Source: a virus
IMG/VR virus record: IMGVR_UViG_3300045988_169541
Span: 1 to 52,990 of that record
Length of the DNA stretch: 52,990 nucleotides
Direction: 5' to 3' (one strand)
Part shown: one piece after another, positions 49,712 through 52,990 of the stretch
Position numbering within the stretch: the first letter of the stretch is position 1
How the letters are laid out: each line of letters starts with the position of its first letter
Program-made: the position numbers and the translations under genes
Notes under the pieces: model-generated
What the model was told of the DNA's origin: nothing
The model's database searches: none
Seen by the model: the letters and a program-made list of their open reading frames with translations, nothing else

Positions 49712-52107
49712 AAATAGTAAGAGATTATATAAAATGTGTTGTTATAGAAGGGGGAGCATATGAAAGAGGGGAATTTGCCGGCAATATGTGGTGTAGAGTA
49801 AATGAAAATGGAGAATTTGAAACCCATCAATATAGTTTGTCAAGACTATATATATTAGATAATAGAAAAAAAGATGGGACGTTAGGGCTATATAAACAAG
49901 TTGAATACAATGGATATTTAAGGGATAGCGCTGAGATTGTAATGCTTGATTCCAATTTAAATGTTTTGGACCATATTAAAAATACGGGGGATGGGCCTAT
50001 AACTAACGTAACATTTAATATACCTGAAAATTGCAGGTATGTATATTTATCTTGTGCGTCAGATTACGAAAAGAACTACTACTTAAGAGTTTTTGAGGGA
50101 GATTTTATTGATGTAACTCAAAATATTGAAAATCTGGATTCTTTAGAGAATGTATTGTCGCGTGATGGTGTATCCGGTGTTATATCAGAGGTTTCTTTTG
50201 AAATAAGTTTTGTTTTATCTGCAAAAGATTTTGTAAAAGACATTTTCTTCCGTAAAGGACTTTATGGGAAAGCTTTGTTAAAAATTTATCGGAGAGGTAA
50301 TTTTGACAATGATTACAAACTAATAAAAGATATAAATCTTGATTTTAGTACATACCAAGAATATGCAGATCGGGTTACAGTGGAAGCAGCAAAATTTGAT
50401 TTACTTGAAATAATTAATTCAGAGGGGAAAACAAAATATGAAGTACCAGTATCAGAAATCTCTGATACTAAAAAGTGGAAGTATGAAAGAATGAATTTTA
50501 TTAATAACGGCGTTTATGAATTACCGACATCTCCGATAGAAACAATATCTTCAACATCCAGTATAATCCTCCCATTAAGTTTATCAAGTTCTGAACTAAT
50601 TCCTGGGGAAGAAATTGATTTTAAATCTCAATCTTTTGGCGGTAGTAGTAGTGATGATTATTTTGTCCTTAATGCAGGGAAAAAAGAAGTCAGTATTCAT
50701 GTTGAAATGAGTTATAAGTTTGAGTATGATGGGAAGTTAACATATGGTTTGCCGGGGACATTCGATTATAATAAATTACTTTATGTTCATCTGATAAAAA
50801 ATACAAATGACAATAAAAACCAAGAAATTATAAAAGAATGGGTTTTGACTCCAGAAGCAGGAACAAAAGAAGAAAATAAGTATATAATAGGTATGTTTAA
50901 AGCAGAAATGGTGCTTGATACTTATATAACTTTAAAAGAAAACGAGAGTTTGACACTTCGGCTAGACGTAGATAAGAATTATAACAAAGACCATATCCTG
51001 ATGATAAGTACAGGAGATATTACATTTGTTGAGAAAGATGATAAACTTACTTTTATTCTTTCGTATATAGAAAAGAGTGTAAAAGTATTATATATAGATT
51101 TAATTGACCCAACGACCCTTATGCAACATTATTTAAATGACATGTCTGGAGTTAACGGTCTTTTTTCTGTACAAATAAATTGGAGTGAGAGTAATTACAA
51201 AACAATGCTTATTGCAGCAGAAAGTATAAGACAAATTCCTGGAGCTAAATTATACGGATCACCAAATGATTTTTTTGACTGGATGAAAGTATTAGGGTAT
51301 GAATATGATATTGACGGGACAAAGTTGATTTTTAATTTTAGGGATGAGTATTTTAAAAGTTCATTTGCTGCGATGTCTATGCGAAAAGATGAAATTGCAG
51401 ACTTGATTATTAAGGCAGATAATACCTATGCTTATACTTCTGTTGAAATAGGATATGATAAGCAGGATTATGATACCATGAATGGCCGATGTGAACCCAA
51501 TGGAATGTTTTCTTACACAACCGGATATATAACACGTACAGATAATAAATTAAGTCTAATAAGTCCTTATCGGGCCGATTCCATAGGTATTGAAATGTTG
51601 TGTCAGGAAAGCGATAAACAGACGACAGACACAGATTCTGATAACGATGTTTTTTTTGTTGCCTTAAAAGAGAATAGCGAAGATTACTCTGAATACAAAG
51701 ATATCTATATTGAAGATAAGGATTTCTCTAGTCTGAAACTGTTTAATGCTCCGTTTAATCCGTATTATTTAATAAAAAGAAACCAAAGCCTGATAGGGAT
51801 AAATGCTGATAAGGTAAAATTTAAAGCTACAGATATGAGCCGGACGGCAATTATAATAGATAACGGGCAATCTGTTGATCCATATGCCGATCAGATAATT
51901 TCTAAAAAATTATTTGAACCAATTATATATAACTTTGCGGCAGGAAGCAATAAAGATTTACCTGATCATGCTGTCAGGAATGGGTTGGTTAAAATAAATT
52001 GGAAGGATGAAATTTACACTGGCTTTATTAAGGAAATCAGGAAGAATTATGCTTCCGATACAGAAACCACTTGGGAATTATGGGGATTTAAAGATAGGGC
52101 GGTGTAA
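49708..52107 (+). CDS. Tail tip / baseplate protein (Dit/Tal position, 799 aa)
   Basis: ATGA overlap with the tape measure. Assigned by position only. Confidence 0.55.
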   Translation: MKIVRDYIKCVVIEGGAYERGEFAGNMWCRVNENGEFETHQYSLSRLYILDNRKKDGTLGLYKQVEYNGYLRDSAEIVMLDSNLNVLDHIKNTGDGPITNVTFNIPENCRYVYLSCASDYEKNYYLRVFEGDFIDVTQNIENLDSLENVLSRDGVSGVISEVSFEISFVLSAKDFVKDIFFRKGLYGKALLKIYRRGNFDNDYKLIKDINLDFSTYQEYADRVTVEAAKFDLLEIINSEGKTKYEVPVSEISDTKKWKYERMNFINNGVYELPTSPIETISSTSSIILPLSLSSSELIPGEEIDFKSQSFGGSSSDDYFVLNAGKKEVSIHVEMSYKFEYDGKLTYGLPGTFDYNKLLYVHLIKNTNDNKNQEIIKEWVLTPEAGTKEENKYIIGMFKAEMVLDTYITLKENESLTLRLDVDKNYNKDHILMISTGDITFVEKDDKLTFILSYIEKSVKVLYIDLIDPTTLMQHYLNDMSGVNGLFSVQINWSESNYKTMLIAAESIRQIPGAKLYGSPNDFFDWMKVLGYEYDIDGTKLIFNFRDEYFKSSFAAMSMRKDEIADLIIKADNTYAYTSVEIGYDKQDYDTMNGRCEPNGMFSYTTGYITRTDNKLSLISPYRADSIGIEMLCQESDKQTTDTDSDNDVFFVALKENSEDYSEYKDIYIEDKDFSSLKLFNAPFNPYYLIKRNQSLIGINADKVKFKATDMSRTAIIIDNGQSVDPYADQIISKKLFEPIIYNFAAGSNKDLPDHAVRNGLVKINWKDEIYTGFIKEIRKNYASDTETTWELWGFKDRAV

Positions 52108-52162
52108 TTGTTTTAAATAAAACATTTCATGTATAATATTTTATTATTTGTATTGTTTTTTA

Positions 52163-52170
52163 TATTTTTG
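52163..52170 (+). promoter_or_regulatory. -7 box TATTTTTG upstream of the fiber gene
   Basis: Matches TAnnTTTG 20 nt upstream of ATG 52190. Confidence 0.35.
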
Positions 52171-52189
52171 TTGAAAATACAACAATAAT

Positions 52190-52990
52190 ATGTCTGCTAT
52201 TTTTATATCTGAATTTAGTTCTCTGAATTTTAGAAAAGACTGGAAATTGTCTTTTCAGCAAAATGTAGATTACATACCAAAATTTCTTCCTACTGATAAT
52301 ATTCAAGTTCAGTATGTTGTCAAAGATTTTACACTAACCCCTTATCTTAAAAATATATGTACTGGAGAAGTCCAACAACTTTCTCCGGTACTTTTACTTG
52401 AAACTGAATCGGAAAAATGTTATCAATTAACAATTAATAATTCTTCAATATCCTCAGATACAGAGTTTAATTTATACTTTGCTTCCGATCAGGATGGGGA
52501 GAAAATTAAAGATGCAAATTTTTGTGTTTGTACTGAACTGCCCGATACGATTCTTCTTGAATATACTAACCGAAAAAATGTTTACGAAACAATTTTTGAC
52601 GGTATAGACCGATTTTTATTCAGGGTAGAAGGGGCTTTTTTGCCTCAGGAAATATCCTTTGAAAATAATACAGAAGAATTTAGAGACCAACGATATGTAT
52701 CTAAAATTCTTTCTTCTACAGCATTTGAAAAGAAAACTTTGACACTTGGTGGCGGAATGGGAGTTCCTAACTGGGTAGCAAGGAAAATCAACTTGATTTT
52801 TTCCCTAAGCTCCGTACATGTTGAAGGGAATCCGATGGTGAGAAGTGAAGGCGGAGCTGTTGAATTAACTGAAATCGGTAAATATTATCCTCTTTATATT
52901 TATAAAATAGTACTTGAAGATGGAGAAGATAATGAAGACACTGGAGATGGTATTATTGAATATTTGAGGGCGGTAGACGAAAAAAAAAAG
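52190..52990 (+). CDS. Tail fiber protein, N-terminal part (no stop before the window end; continues at nt 2)
   Basis: ATG at 52190 with an open frame to the last base (MSAIFISEFSSLNFRKDW...IVLEDGEDNEDTGDGIIEYLRAVDEKKK). Absent from the ORF track because it has no stop. Its last 28 codons equal the first codons of the window. Confidence 0.8.
   Translation, partial: MSAIFISEFSSLNFRKDWKLSFQQNVDYIPKFLPTDNIQVQYVVKDFTLTPYLKNICTGEVQQLSPVLLLETESEKCYQLTINNSSISSDTEFNLYFASDQDGEKIKDANFCVCTELPDTILLEYTNRKNVYETIFDGIDRFLFRVEGAFLPQEISFENNTEEFRDQRYVSKILSSTAFEKKTLTLGGGMGVPNWVARKINLIFSLSSVHVEGNPMVRSEGGAVELTEIGKYYPLYIYKIVLEDGEDNEDTGDGIIEYLRAVDEKKK
52906..52990. repeat. Terminal direct repeat, right copy (identical to 1..85)
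   Basis: Exact 85-nt identity with the start of the window. Confidence 0.95.

Noticed and set aside
1-52990. Stop-codon reassignment (TAG or TGA recoding) as seen in some Bacteroidota-infecting phages.
   Set aside because: Large genes (fiber, tape measure, terL, dnaB, SNF2 helicase) are intact under the standard code, and neither tRNA has a suppressor anticodon. The only odd case is the single in-frame TAA at 36513..36515, reported separately.

Overview
The window is a complete, circularly closed dsDNA phage genome. Nt 1..85 are repeated exactly at 52906..52990, so the unique length is 52,905 bp. The largest structural gene runs through that junction (52190..52990 continues in frame into 2..3976). 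All family calls come from motifs I recognise by eye; no database search was run.

Layout:
- Plus-strand late block, 37023 -> junction -> 6013: small and large terminase, portal, HK97-type prohead protease and major capsid, head-tail genes, a tail tube protein with an Ig-like C-terminus, a chaperone region with a candidate -1 frameshift site, a 1190-aa tape measure, a 799-aa tail protein, a ~1563-aa fiber, and a lysis cassette (SLT lysin, holin, u-spanin-like lipoprotein).
- Plus-strand island of unknown function, 8076..11007, followed by a HicB/HicA pair.
- Long minus-strand early/middle block, 36746 -> 11939: small acidic early proteins, an SPFH lipoprotein operon, tRNA genes, a RecT-like annealase with a PD-(D/E)XK exonuclease, NinG, an SNF2 helicase, SSB, two HNH proteins, MazG, a DUF4373-type initiator with DnaB, an ASCH+C5-methyltransferase-like fusion, and a PP-loop PAPS-reductase-like protein.

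Host and lifestyle:
- AT-rich DNA, TAnnTTTG boxes 20-25 nt upstream of operon starts, weak or absent Shine-Dalgarno sequences, and DUF4373/DUF4494-type proteins all point to a Bacteroidota host.
- I found no integrase, transposase, reverse transcriptase or CRISPR array.

Most interesting observations:
1. Three dispersed copies of a cassette. Each has a promoter box, a 180-235 nt structured leader ending in a long hairpin plus U-tract 31-36 nt before the ATG, an unrecognised small Cys/His protein, and a different antirepressor-class protein (AntA-like, KilA-N or Rha).
2. A GC-rich ~120-nt structured element with a tRNA-like 3' domain, hidden under the ORF-track extension of the RecT-like gene. 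Nearby are atypical tRNA-Thr and tRNA-Cys genes, and a further isolated T-arm/acceptor fragment lies at 28053..28076.
3. A self-contained plus-strand micro-unit inside the minus-strand block: promoter box, structured leader, a 24-codon Val/Arg/Thr-repeat ORF and a terminator, bracketed by perfect 12-bp inverted repeats.
4. A start-less 65-codon ORF that continues in frame directly after the TAA of an early acidic gene, upstream of an RHH regulator.
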